From: an uncultured Chloroflexota bacterium
Lineage (GTDB): Bacteria > Chloroflexota > Anaerolineae > Anaerolineales > Villigracilaceae
Length of the DNA: 64,000 bases
Direction of reading: 5' to 3'
Assembly (NCBI GenBank): GCA_903914955.1
Contig: CAIWRB010000205.1
Location: 6,208-70,207, forward strand
The notes under the pieces are model-generated. The model was not told the origin of the DNA. It did no database searches and saw only the letters and a program-made list of their open reading frames with translations. How positions within the stretch are numbered: position 1 is the first letter of the stretch; each line of letters opens with the position of its first letter. Position numbers and translations under genes: made by a program. Positions 29,832 to 41,453 of the stretch are shown one piece after another.

Positions 29832-30779
29832 ATGGTTAAAGCTCGATATGCATTGTTGGTCTTGATCGCGTTTTGGATGGTTGCATGCAATAGTGGTGCC
29901 GTCCAAACTGCAATTACCCCCACGACGAAAAAAGCCACATCAACACCACATCAGGTTGGTGCACCTGTTGCAACTCAAACCTCTACTGAAACGGCGGCAA
30001 CTTCCACTCCCCACCCTACGCTCGCGGTGGATGAATGGGAAATCCTGCCAATCATCCCGACGGTCAGTGATACAGTACGCGAGATCTACCGTCGTGGACT
30101 TAAGTTGGGCAACGATCCAAACGCGTTTTCAAAAGTTGGCGACTGCCAAACCAGTACTGATTTCTTTCTGGTAAATTTTGAAAATCCCAAACAATATAGT
30201 TTGGGAGATGAGTATTCTTTTTTACAATCCACAATTGATTATTATCATGGCTCATTCTCGCGACAAAGCATGGCGGTCAAGGATGGTTTCAATGTGGCGG
30301 CAGTTCTCTCTCCGCTGCGGGCTGATCCGAAACTTTGCAATAAAGGTGAAACTCCGTTGGCGTGTGAAATTCGATTGAACCATCCATCGGTAATTCTCAT
30401 CAGCATGGAAACAAATTTTAATTTACAGACCGCGACAAAGTACGGCGGGTATATGCGCCAGATCGTTGAATATTCCATTTCGCAAGGAGTGGTGCCAATC
30501 ATTGCGACGAAGGCCGATAACAAGGAAGGCGATAATAGCATCAACGCCGAGATCGCCGAAATCGCCATTGAATACGATATCCCTTTGTGGAATTTCTGGG
30601 CCGCAGTTCATGACCTGCCAAATAACGGATTTGACCTGAGCCTTAATGATGGATTTCATCTTTCGCTTGGTAATAATTATTTTTTTGATGACCCAAAGAA
30701 TATGGACAGTGCCTGGCCCTGGCGAAATCTCACTGCTTTACAAACGTTGGATGCTGTCCGAAATGGGTTGAATAATTAA
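29832..30779 (+). CDS. SGNH-like lipoprotein with T/P-rich linker
   Basis: MVAC lipobox-like site, Thr/Pro linker, FSKVGDCQT block I, METN block III, DGFHLS block V. Confidence 0.7.
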   Translation: MVKARYALLVLIAFWMVACNSGAVQTAITPTTKKATSTPHQVGAPVATQTSTETAATSTPHPTLAVDEWEILPIIPTVSDTVREIYRRGLKLGNDPNAFSKVGDCQTSTDFFLVNFENPKQYSLGDEYSFLQSTIDYYHGSFSRQSMAVKDGFNVAAVLSPLRADPKLCNKGETPLACEIRLNHPSVILISMETNFNLQTATKYGGYMRQIVEYSISQGVVPIIATKADNKEGDNSINAEIAEIAIEYDIPLWNFWAAVHDLPNNGFDLSLNDGFHLSLGNNYFFDDPKNMDSAWPWRNLTALQTLDAVRNGLNN

Positions 30780-30802
30780 ACTATGAAACAGGAGAACAAC
30801 AC

Positions 30803-31048
30803 ATGACCGAAAACATAACCTCCACCCTAGCAAAATTTATCGCGGAAAAAATATTGAGGCAGGCGAATAAAATTGTGAAACCTGATGAAGCACTGATATC
30901 CAGCGGCTTGATCGATTCTTTTAGTTTGATGGATCTGGCATTATTCGTTGAAGATACTTTCAACGTGCGAATCGAGGACACCGAGTTGAATGCTCAGACT
31001 TTCGATAATTTATCCCAGCTGACAGACTTGATCGCCTCGCGGCAGTAG
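30803..31048 (+). CDS. Acyl carrier protein, DltC-like
   Basis: ISSGLIDSFSLMDL phosphopantetheine site (DSF), FNVRIED; AGGAG RBS. Confidence 0.9.
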   Translation: MTENITSTLAKFIAEKILRQANKIVKPDEALISSGLIDSFSLMDLALFVEDTFNVRIEDTELNAQTFDNLSQLTDLIASRQ

Positions 31049-31114
31049 AAATCAATTCGCAGATTTGGCAGATTGTACAGTTGATTTTCTGAAAAATCTG
31101 CGGACAGGGTATTA

Positions 31115-32794
31115 ATGACAACACTCTCAAACCTTCTACATCGCTCCTTTTTGGAAGTTCCTGAAAAAAGGAGCATTGTTTTGCAATTTGCAGGTCAACC
31201 CGATTCAGAGTTGACCTATCGTCAGTTGATCATTGGGGCAAATCAATACGCGTTGACTTATGCGCGCGAAGAAATAAAACCCGGCGAAGTGGTTCTGCTC
31301 ATCCTTCAACACGGTCAGGATCTGGCGTTCTCTTTTTGGGGCGCAATTCTTCATGGCGCAATCCCTGCAATTATGCCGTTCTTAAGTGAGAAGCTGTCAC
31401 CAGAGCGTTATCGCGCAGATTTGGCTTCGCTTATCTCAATTACGAAGCCAGCGGCAATCATCACATCTGCAGAATTTGAATCCGAGGCGCGTTCGGCACT
31501 CGCACCCGGCGACTCGATCCGCAAAGTTATAGTCACACATACTATTGAGTCACAATCCGAACCTGATTTTGATTCGCTGCCAGGCATGAAGACAGTGCCA
31601 GAAGATATAGTTATTCTACAACATTCCTCTGGGACTACAGGTCTGCAAAAAGGTGTGGCTCTTTCGCACAAGGCGGTGCTTAATCAACTTGAGGCGTACA
31701 GTAAGGCCATTCAACTTGACCCTGAAAAAGATGTCATTGTTTCGTGGCTTCCGCTTTATCACGACATGGGATTGATCTCCTGTTTCCTTATGCCGGTTCT
31801 TCTGCGCGTGCCGATCATAGAAATGTCGCCTTTCGATTGGGTGCGCGCGCCTTACAAATTGATGCAATCTGTCTCGCAATACAAAGGGACATTAAGCTGG
31901 CTTCCAAATTTCGCCTACAACTTTTGCGCGAATAAAATTCGCGAGCGAAACCTTGAAGGCGTTGACCTCTCCACTTGGCGCGCGATCATTAATTGCTCCG
32001 AACCCGTCCATGGCGAAAGCCATCGACTTTTTGCGGAGAAGTTCGAGAAGTTTGGATTACGTTCTCAGATATTGCAGACATCCTATGCGATGGCGGAAAA
32101 CGTCTTCGGGGTGACTCAAAGCTCATTGGAAGCCGGACCAACTGTCGTTGAGATCGACCGCGAGTCCTTTATGATGGAGCGCATAGTGACTCCACCGGTG
32201 GCTGGTCGCTCATCAATGAAAGTGATGTCGTCGGGACGTCCGCTCTCAAACACAAAAATCCGCGTGGTGGATTCAATTGGAATGGATATTCCCGAGCGTG
32301 TCGTCGGTGAGATTATGCTGCAAAGTGACTGCATGTTGACTGGTTACTACAACCGCCCTGACGCGACCGAACTGGCGATGCGCGATGGTTGGTACTTGAC
32401 CGGCGATTACGGCTTTCTTGCGAACGGAGAGTTGTATGTCTCAGGCCGCAAAAAAGATATGATCATCGTCGGCGGAAAAAATATTTATCCGCAGGACATC
32501 GAAGCGCTGACCAGCGAAGTGCCTGGCGTACATCCGGGCCGCACAGTGGCGTTTGGCATGTATGATGAAGAAGCAGGGACAGAGGAAGTCGTCATCATCG
32601 CCGAAGTGGACAGCGAAGAACCGTCCGAGCAGGAAGTCATCGCGGACGCGATCCGCAAGCATGTGACAAAAAGCTCCGCCATCGCACTACGACACGTCAA
32701 GGTGGTTGGAGAAAAGTGGATCGTGAAAACGTCCAGCGGAAAGACAGCGCGTTCGGCGAATAAGGAAAAGTTTTTGAAAGAACTTGAAATATAG
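31115..32794 (+). CDS. Fatty acyl-AMP ligase (FAAL)-type adenylating enzyme
   Basis: LQHSSGTTGLQKGV, SWLPLYHDMGLI, FAAL-type insertion EIDRESF...SSGRP, TGDYG, GRKKDMIIVGGKNIYPQDIE. Confidence 0.88.
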   Translation: MTTLSNLLHRSFLEVPEKRSIVLQFAGQPDSELTYRQLIIGANQYALTYAREEIKPGEVVLLILQHGQDLAFSFWGAILHGAIPAIMPFLSEKLSPERYRADLASLISITKPAAIITSAEFESEARSALAPGDSIRKVIVTHTIESQSEPDFDSLPGMKTVPEDIVILQHSSGTTGLQKGVALSHKAVLNQLEAYSKAIQLDPEKDVIVSWLPLYHDMGLISCFLMPVLLRVPIIEMSPFDWVRAPYKLMQSVSQYKGTLSWLPNFAYNFCANKIRERNLEGVDLSTWRAIINCSEPVHGESHRLFAEKFEKFGLRSQILQTSYAMAENVFGVTQSSLEAGPTVVEIDRESFMMERIVTPPVAGRSSMKVMSSGRPLSNTKIRVVDSIGMDIPERVVGEIMLQSDCMLTGYYNRPDATELAMRDGWYLTGDYGFLANGELYVSGRKKDMIIVGGKNIYPQDIEALTSEVPGVHPGRTVAFGMYDEEAGTEEVVIIAEVDSEEPSEQEVIADAIRKHVTKSSAIALRHVKVVGEKWIVKTSSGKTARSANKEKFLKELEI

Positions 32795-32888
32795 AATAAG
32801 GCTAAAAAGCAAGATGGGATTCAGCTTGTCTACTTCTATATTTCATAGTGACCTCGGAAGTCTATTTGATTCTTCTCACCGCCTTTTT

Positions 32889-33076
32889 CATTCCTGATAA
32901 TCCACTTTTCATAGTATATTGTCTCCCCTATGGCATTAATCAGTTTACAGGACGTGAGTCTCGGCTTTGGCGGACCGCCCGCCTATTTGACGGGTCAACC
33001 TACAGATCGAGCAGGGCGAATGGGTCGGCTTGCTTGGCCGCAACGGCATGGGAAAATCCACATTGCTTAAGTTAGT
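32889..33076 (+). repeat. Direct repeat copy 1 (~188 bp) of the uup upstream region and 5' end
   Basis: Near-identical to 35147-35333 with a few substitutions and small indels. Confidence 0.95.
32930..33076 (+). pseudogene. Frameshifted 5' fragment of uup
   Basis: MALISLQDVSLGFGGP then frameshift; the remaining DNA still matches the Walker A region of the intact copy. Confidence 0.9.
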
Positions 33077-33435
33077 AATGAATGGATTCACCAGTGAGTT
33101 AAAGGCTTATTATCAAACTAACCCACTCGGATACTCCCTCTGTGAGTTCAACTTGCGTAGATACTCTGGTGAAACACAAAATGTAGACCAACAAAAGAGC
33201 AATTGAATTGGCAAATTGCTCGTAGCCTTGCAAGAAACTTCTAAACTCATAATAATAAGTATCAGAGTGGCTACACCTGTTTTCTTTTTGACCCTTGTGC
33301 TTTCTCACTACGAAATCCTGTCATAATCATACACTCACTGGATGGTAAAATAATTAATGGTAACCCGCCATGCTGATTGATCTGGCATGGAAAAACATAA
33401 CCCAAATGATTTGCGATTGGATGACAGGTGAAATC

Positions 33436-34962
33436 ATGTTTCTGGTAAGAGATCGACTAAAGCCAATTACAAAACTGATGTTTATTGGATTGTGTATTTT
33501 CACTTTAGGATTCATTCTACGCGCGCGACAATACCTTGCAAATCGTTCATTATGGGGCGACGAAGCGAGTTTGGCAGTTAATATTGTCTCTCGATCATTT
33601 ATCGGCTTGACCGACCCGCTTGGATATCATCAAGCAGCCCCACTAGGTTTTCTATTCATCGAGAAATTTTTCATTGTTCTTTTGGGGAACAAAGATTATA
33701 TTCTGCGCCTTTTTCCGTTCATATCTGGAATTCTGGCATTTTATTTGATCTATCGCATCGCAATAGATTATTTTGGTGTGGCCGGAATATTTGCGCTTAT
33801 AATGTTTGCCCTTAACTCGTGGTTGATATTCTACTCTTCCGAGCTCAAACAGTATGGCAGCGATGTAATGGTCGCCCTATTGCTGGTTTATTTGTCTATC
33901 CGCTGTCTCAACGAGGAGCTACAGATAAGGGATATTATATGGTTAGGCGTTGCGGGTGTCATCACAATCTGGATATCCCACATAGCCGTATTCATTTTGG
34001 TAGGGGCTGGATTTAGCCTGGTTCTTGAAAAAATCGCGCAGAAAAAAAATATACCCGCCAGTTGGCTACTAAGTCTTGGTATTGCGTGGCTCATTTCATT
34101 TGGCATAGACTATCTTGTCGCATTACGACATACAGCTACAGATAAATTTTTTCAAACCTATTGGATGAAAGCCTTCCTCCCTTTACCCCCTTGGAGTAAC
34201 CCTTCCTGGTTTGTTAATGTCTATTATAAATTTGTACTTATAACCTTGAACAGAGCTGATGAGGTTTCATTTTATATGATCCTTGTTCTTGTGATTATTG
34301 GCAGTTTATCGCTTATTAAAAGGAGACAGAATATTGCCCTGATCCTCATTTCTCCATTCATTATGACCTTAATCGCCTCTGCCTGGCAAAAATACCCTCT
34401 TACATATAGGTTCATGCTCTTTCTGGTCCCATTGGCATTGCTATTAATGGCGGAGGGTATTGGAAGAATTTATTTACTCATTGCAAAGTGGCGGAGAGAT
34501 ATTGCTATATTTTTAATCGGAATTCCTATCGCGGTAATGTTTTTCTTTTCAATTCAAAGTGCTGTAGCTGATTTCAGATCTCCTCCTACAATCACAGAAA
34601 TAAAACCAATTATGAAATATATTGAAGAAAACAAGAAGCAGGGAGATGTTATTTATTTGTATTATGGCTCCGTCCCTGCCTTTATCTACTATGCTCCTTT
34701 TTATCATCTTGATACAGAAAATATCATCATGGGCATATACAGACAAAGCAATGTAAAAGCGCTCAACCGTTTTCTTGATGATGTAAAAGGGCTTAGGGGG
34801 AATAACAGGGTGTGGTTCGTCATAGCTGAAATTACCTATTGTGACAACTGTGTGGGTGATCGCAGACTGTTTTTCACTAACTACCTTGATAAAAATGGAA
34901 CGAATTTGCAAAGTATTTTGGCTACAAATGCGGAAGCATATCTTTACGATCTAAGCCCGTAG
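33436..34962 (+). CDS. GT-C fold glycosyltransferase (ArnT/PMT_2-like), AT-rich
   Basis: RSLWGDEA loop motif, ELKQY, about 11-13 TM helices and a C-terminal extracytoplasmic domain; start at 33436 or 33370. Confidence 0.82.
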   Translation: MFLVRDRLKPITKLMFIGLCIFTLGFILRARQYLANRSLWGDEASLAVNIVSRSFIGLTDPLGYHQAAPLGFLFIEKFFIVLLGNKDYILRLFPFISGILAFYLIYRIAIDYFGVAGIFALIMFALNSWLIFYSSELKQYGSDVMVALLLVYLSIRCLNEELQIRDIIWLGVAGVITIWISHIAVFILVGAGFSLVLEKIAQKKNIPASWLLSLGIAWLISFGIDYLVALRHTATDKFFQTYWMKAFLPLPPWSNPSWFVNVYYKFVLITLNRADEVSFYMILVLVIIGSLSLIKRRQNIALILISPFIMTLIASAWQKYPLTYRFMLFLVPLALLLMAEGIGRIYLLIAKWRRDIAIFLIGIPIAVMFFFSIQSAVADFRSPPTITEIKPIMKYIEENKKQGDVIYLYYGSVPAFIYYAPFYHLDTENIIMGIYRQSNVKALNRFLDDVKGLRGNNRVWFVIAEITYCDNCVGDRRLFFTNYLDKNGTNLQSILATNAEAYLYDLSP

Positions 34963-35187
34963 AGAAATCCGGGGTAAAGCCTCTCCTTTTTACTGGCAAG
35001 TGATCGGAGAAAGAGGCCTAATGCTCTTTTTCTTCAACCAAACTATTTTCTTGTTCAACTTTGTATTGCAATATTAATATCACCAAAGTTTTTGAGTTTT
35101 TTGATTTCTCAAACCTTATTATTTTTCTCCTTGCTACTTTTATTTCCATTCCTGATAATCCACTTTTCATAGTATATTGTCTCCTCT

Positions 35188-37026
<1,839 letters not shown>

Positions 37027-37029
37027 ATC

Positions 37030-38718
37030 TCAATGAGAGAGCTGGTGACGTATTGCGCGTGGAACCCATACGAGAATGGTGGTTCCTTCTCCACTCGCCG
37101 CTGAAATATCAATATCGCCCCCAACCGCGTGCGCGCGTGTTTGCATATTCGACAAGCCGTGACCTAGTGATGCCTGCATTGTATCAAGATCAAAACCTTT
37201 TCCGTCGTCTTTGATTTCCATCAAGGCGCGGTCATGGGTGGTCCATATTACAATTTGTACATTTTTTGCCTTGGCATGTTTTGCGGCATTTGCCAATGCT
37301 TCCTGACAGATATGGAATAAAGCCAATGACTGTGTGTGCGGCAGGTCTTTCAGATCAGCTTCAGTTCCGGTGAAGTTAACTTCAGAGAAAGTATGCGCAC
37401 GATATTCTGCGATCAGGTGTTTGATACCGATCAACAAACCTTCATTGCCGATTTGACGAGGCCGCAGGTCCAGAATGTAGGCGCGGATGTCTCGAATGGC
37501 CTGATTCAATCCATCGATCGAATGGCGGATCTGATCTTTAGAAGATTTTGGATCCTCGTCCAGCGTTAGTTTCGCGCCTTCCAGTACAAGCCCCACGCCG
37601 TAAATGGATTGAATAATTCCGTCATGCAAATCCATGCCGATGCGGTCACGTTCCTCCAGCACGGCCAGCCTGCGCGCGTTGGAATGCAGGCGGGCATTCT
37701 CAATGGCAAGTCCTGCCCAAGTACCCACTGCTGTGAGCAGTTGAATACTTCTTTCGTCAAATGGATCAGTTGCGCGGGTGGCCACGCTCATCACACCCAT
37801 CAGGTTTTCGCCTGAAAGCAATGGAATACACGCGATCTGTTGAAAGCCAGCCTGCACCACTTTATCGCGCAAAAAATTTGTATCACTCGCCAGATGCCTG
37901 CCGATCATCGGCTTGCGATTCTTGGCAACAATTCCAGGATAGCCCTCGCCGACCTGGAAAACATTTGCAGTCCAAAACGCTTCAGCGGCCTGCCCGCGAT
38001 GGAGAACCATTCGCAGGGTGGTCTTATCCTCTTCCAACAGAAAGATCTCACCCGCTTCCACTTTCATATAGTTCATCACAAGCCCAAGGGTCTTATTAAG
38101 GATCTCGTCGAGTTCCAGGCTTGAGGTCAATGTGGATGCGATCCCGTTGAGCAGTCCCATATCCACGTTGCGGCGAGTCAGCGCGAGGTCACGTTCCTTC
38201 ATCTGTTCGTATAACCGCGCATTTTGAAGAGCAGTGGCGGCGTAAGTGGCGAGCATCTGGATGATCATTTCATCATCTGCGGTAAATTCAAGTGCATCAA
38301 TTTTTTCGGTAAGGTAGATCTGCCCCAGCTGAATATCACCTGCGCGAATTGGAACTCCTAAAAAAGAAACCATCTTTGGGTGATGCGCGGGAAATCCAAT
38401 TGAGCGTGGGTGATTTGACAGAACCGAAATGCGCAAGGGAATTTCTGTATTCATCAATTCACCGATCAAACCTTTCCCAACAGGCGGGTGTGGCATTTTT
38501 TTGATCTGCGCTTCGGACATGCCGACTGAAATAAATTGCTTTAATTTGCCTTCGTCGTCCAAAACCCCCAGCGCAGCATAACGTGCACCAGCCTGCTCAC
38601 AAGCCGTGGTCGCAATTCGCTCGAGCAATGTCTCAAGCGAGACATCTTTTACCAATTCCAAACTTGCGCGATGTAGCGCAAGCAAACGATCCTGTAACTG
38701 TTCACGAGTAAGAAGCAT
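37030..38718 (-). CDS. GAF-GAF-HisKA_3 sensor kinase, DosS/DosT-like
   Basis: GFPAHHPKMVSFLGVPI in GAF-A, ERDRIGMDLHDGIIQ H-box, NAAKHA, DDGKGF; start assigned to MLLTREQ. Confidence 0.88.
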   Translation of the reverse strand: MLLTREQLQDRLLALHRASLELVKDVSLETLLERIATTACEQAGARYAALGVLDDEGKLKQFISVGMSEAQIKKMPHPPVGKGLIGELMNTEIPLRISVLSNHPRSIGFPAHHPKMVSFLGVPIRAGDIQLGQIYLTEKIDALEFTADDEMIIQMLATYAATALQNARLYEQMKERDLALTRRNVDMGLLNGIASTLTSSLELDEILNKTLGLVMNYMKVEAGEIFLLEEDKTTLRMVLHRGQAAEAFWTANVFQVGEGYPGIVAKNRKPMIGRHLASDTNFLRDKVVQAGFQQIACIPLLSGENLMGVMSVATRATDPFDERSIQLLTAVGTWAGLAIENARLHSNARRLAVLEERDRIGMDLHDGIIQSIYGVGLVLEGAKLTLDEDPKSSKDQIRHSIDGLNQAIRDIRAYILDLRPRQIGNEGLLIGIKHLIAEYRAHTFSEVNFTGTEADLKDLPHTQSLALFHICQEALANAAKHAKAKNVQIVIWTTHDRALMEIKDDGKGFDLDTMQASLGHGLSNMQTRAHAVGGDIDISAASGEGTTILVWVPRAIRHQLSH

Positions 38719-38793
38719 ACAGACATTATAATCAATCCGTCGCTTTTTGATAGAATTTGAAAGAAGCCAAACACTATACTTGGAACAACTCAC

Positions 38794-40080
38794 ATGACAA
38801 ATTCGCGCATCTCTGGATTTTACAATCTGACTATCGAAGAACGCCGCGTCAAACTTGCGGAAGCCGCGGGTCAGACTCCCGAAAGCCTGCTCCCGTTTAC
38901 TACAGGCGGTCTCTCTGCTGAATCAGCCGACCACATGATCGAAAATGTGATCGGCATGTTTGCGCTCCCAGTCGGCATCGGACTGAACTTCATGGTCAAC
39001 GGCCGCGATGTGTTGATTCCCTTTGTAGTGGAAGAACCATCAGTTGTAGCTGGCGCATCCTTTATGGCAAAACTGGCACGCGCAGGCGGCGGATTTATAG
39101 CCACCACAACCGAGCCTTTGATGATCGGACAAATGCAGTTGATCAACGTGGTCAACATGAATGAAGCGCGGCTGAAAATATATGAGCACAAAGCCGAGCT
39201 GCTCGCTGTTGCAGATTCCATTGACCCGATCCTGAAGAAATTTGGCGGCGGCGCACGCGATTTGGAAGTGCGTATGATCGAAGAATCGGCCATCGGCCCG
39301 TTCATCGTCATTCATCTTATTTATGACGTGCGCGACGCGATGGGCGCGAACGCGGTCAACACAGCCTGTGAAAAACTTGCACCACAAATTGAAACCATCA
39401 CAGGCGGAAAAGTCCATTTGAAAATATTATCAAATCTCGCAGATAGAAGAATTGCGCGCGTACGCGCCACCATCCCTGTCAGCGAGCTGACCGTTGGATT
39501 TGAATCCTTCAAAGGTGAAACCGTGCGCGATGGAATCATCGCCGCTTATGCTTTCGCCGCATCCGATCCCTATCGCGCCGCCACCCACAATAAGGGAATC
39601 ATGAACGGCGTGGACTCGGTCGTCATCGCCACGGGCAACGACTGGCGCGCCATCGAAGCGGGCGCACACGCTTACGCCGCTCGCAATGGACAATACACAG
39701 CATTATCCACTTGGGGCAAGGATAAAGATGGTAACCTGGTTGGCACACTCGAAATGCCGATGGCAGTGGGCATCGTCGGCGGCGCGACCAAAGTCCATCC
39801 CGCCGCGCAAGCCGCAGTGAAGCTCATGGGCGTGAAGACCGCATCCGAATTGGCTGAGATCATCGTCTCTGTTGGACTTGCTCAAAACATGGCCGCCCTG
39901 CGCGCGCTCGCCACCGAAGGCATTCAACGCGGACACATGTCCCTGCACGCAAGGCAGGTCGCCATCGCTGCTGGCGCATCTGGCGAGTTGATCGAAAAGG
40001 TGGCCGCGCAAATGGTAGCGGAGAAGGTTGTGCGCGTGGATCGTGCGGAAGAAATTTTGAGTGGAATGAAAAACAATTAA
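38794..40080 (+). CDS. mvaA: Class II HMG-CoA reductase
   Basis: ENVIG, EEPSVVA, DAMGAN, THNKG, EGIQRGHMSLH. Confidence 0.95.
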   Translation: MTNSRISGFYNLTIEERRVKLAEAAGQTPESLLPFTTGGLSAESADHMIENVIGMFALPVGIGLNFMVNGRDVLIPFVVEEPSVVAGASFMAKLARAGGGFIATTTEPLMIGQMQLINVVNMNEARLKIYEHKAELLAVADSIDPILKKFGGGARDLEVRMIEESAIGPFIVIHLIYDVRDAMGANAVNTACEKLAPQIETITGGKVHLKILSNLADRRIARVRATIPVSELTVGFESFKGETVRDGIIAAYAFAASDPYRAATHNKGIMNGVDSVVIATGNDWRAIEAGAHAYAARNGQYTALSTWGKDKDGNLVGTLEMPMAVGIVGGATKVHPAAQAAVKLMGVKTASELAEIIVSVGLAQNMAALRALATEGIQRGHMSLHARQVAIAAGASGELIEKVAAQMVAEKVVRVDRAEEILSGMKNN

Positions 40081-40117
40081 CCACAAAGAATACAAAAAAA
40101 ATCGTAGGAGACCTATT

Positions 40118-40813
40118 TTGAAAAAAGTTCTCGGCTGTATCTTTATCATAACTGTATTCATCTTATCCGCTTGCAGCTTGTCCGGGCAAACTGCTTCTTC
40201 TGAAGTTGTACCAACGATCACTGCGACTCAAACTCAACCCGCCGCAACATTTACCCCGATCCCAACATTCACTGCAATTCCAACCATCACCCCGATTCCT
40301 GGAACCATCGTTCTTGATTTCGCTGCGCAATTGTGCAATGCGAAATGGATGAATGGCGTACAAAAATTGGCATCCTGCCCGGATGCCAACGCTGACCATT
40401 CGGCTGGTTATGCCATAGTGATTGACCCGGCCTCTGAAGGCTTGCCCGCAGGCACACCCATCCTTCTAACCATCCCGGCCTTGAATTCATACTCAGCTTT
40501 ATTCCTCCGCTATCCAGCGTTGACCATTCAAGCCGGGGATCATTTCCGCGCCACACTCCAATGTCAATCTGCTTCCACAAATTGTGATGTCAGCTTTGGG
40601 CTGGATTATTATGACTCCGACGGAAAATATCACAGCCCCCTAGCAATGTGGGATCAAAACAGTGGAATGGCTCCCGCCGCTGTGGATTATGATTTAACAG
40701 CATTGGTCGGTCAAAACGTGGACATTGTTCTAGCTCTGCGTCCCAACAATGACACGCCACAATTCGATACCGGCTTGTGGATCGCGCCGCAGATTTTCCA
40801 CTTGAATCCGTAA
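40118..40813 (+). CDS. Lipoprotein with Thr/Pro linker
   Basis: TTG start after AGGAG, LSAC lipobox, PTFT-type repeats. Confidence 0.8.
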   Translation: MKKVLGCIFIITVFILSACSLSGQTASSEVVPTITATQTQPAATFTPIPTFTAIPTITPIPGTIVLDFAAQLCNAKWMNGVQKLASCPDANADHSAGYAIVIDPASEGLPAGTPILLTIPALNSYSALFLRYPALTIQAGDHFRATLQCQSASTNCDVSFGLDYYDSDGKYHSPLAMWDQNSGMAPAAVDYDLTALVGQNVDIVLALRPNNDTPQFDTGLWIAPQIFHLNP

Positions 40814-40846
40814 GTTGAATAACAACGAAGGAAGAAACACTGCCTG

Positions 40847-41353
40847 ATGGAAAACATCCTTGGCACTATCCTATCTACGATCACATTCCTGGTTGTGGTC
40901 GCCACCGGCCTATGGTTTGGTTATTTTGCCGTACTTATCACGTTCGAACAGATACAAGCTTGGCGACTGGCACGTCAAAGCGTTGACTGGGCCAGCACGT
41001 CAGGTATCATCCAGACCAGCGAGATCATCTATGAAGGTATTCGTAGACCCAGAGAACAACCGAAGATCACCTACACCTATCAAGTCAGCGGGATCAAATA
41101 CGAAGGCAACCGCATCAATTTCTCATTCGCTCAAACTTTTTCCAAAGAAGAAGCCGAAGATGTTCTCGCTACATACCCGCCCAACGCCATGATCACCGTT
41201 TATTACGACCCGTCCCAACCCGCTCAAAGCACTCTCGAGCAGCGCCACACCGGTCTGGCCAGCGGACTCGCGGTTGGTCTGATAATTTTCCTGCCTACCT
41301 GCCTCTGCCTTGCCACTGGATTCGCTGGCCTGACTGGTAAAGTGGGAAGATAA
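40847..41353 (+). CDS. DUF3592-like membrane protein
   Basis: TM helix, W.ST.G.I..S, YTYQVSG..YEG, VYYDPSQP, C-terminal TM helix. Confidence 0.75.
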   Translation: MENILGTILSTITFLVVVATGLWFGYFAVLITFEQIQAWRLARQSVDWASTSGIIQTSEIIYEGIRRPREQPKITYTYQVSGIKYEGNRINFSFAQTFSKEEAEDVLATYPPNAMITVYYDPSQPAQSTLEQRHTGLASGLAVGLIIFLPTCLCLATGFAGLTGKVGR

Positions 41354-41453
41354 AAAATCACAAGTTTATTCCTATACAGAAAGCCTTCCACACCGTGCAG
41401 ACAGGATTGACGTCAACGTTTTGTATGTGTAATACTTACAAGAGGATTTAACT

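Noticed and set aside
39703-40221. 172-aa minus-strand ORF
   Set aside because: Antisense to the well-supported HMG-CoA reductase and lipoprotein genes.
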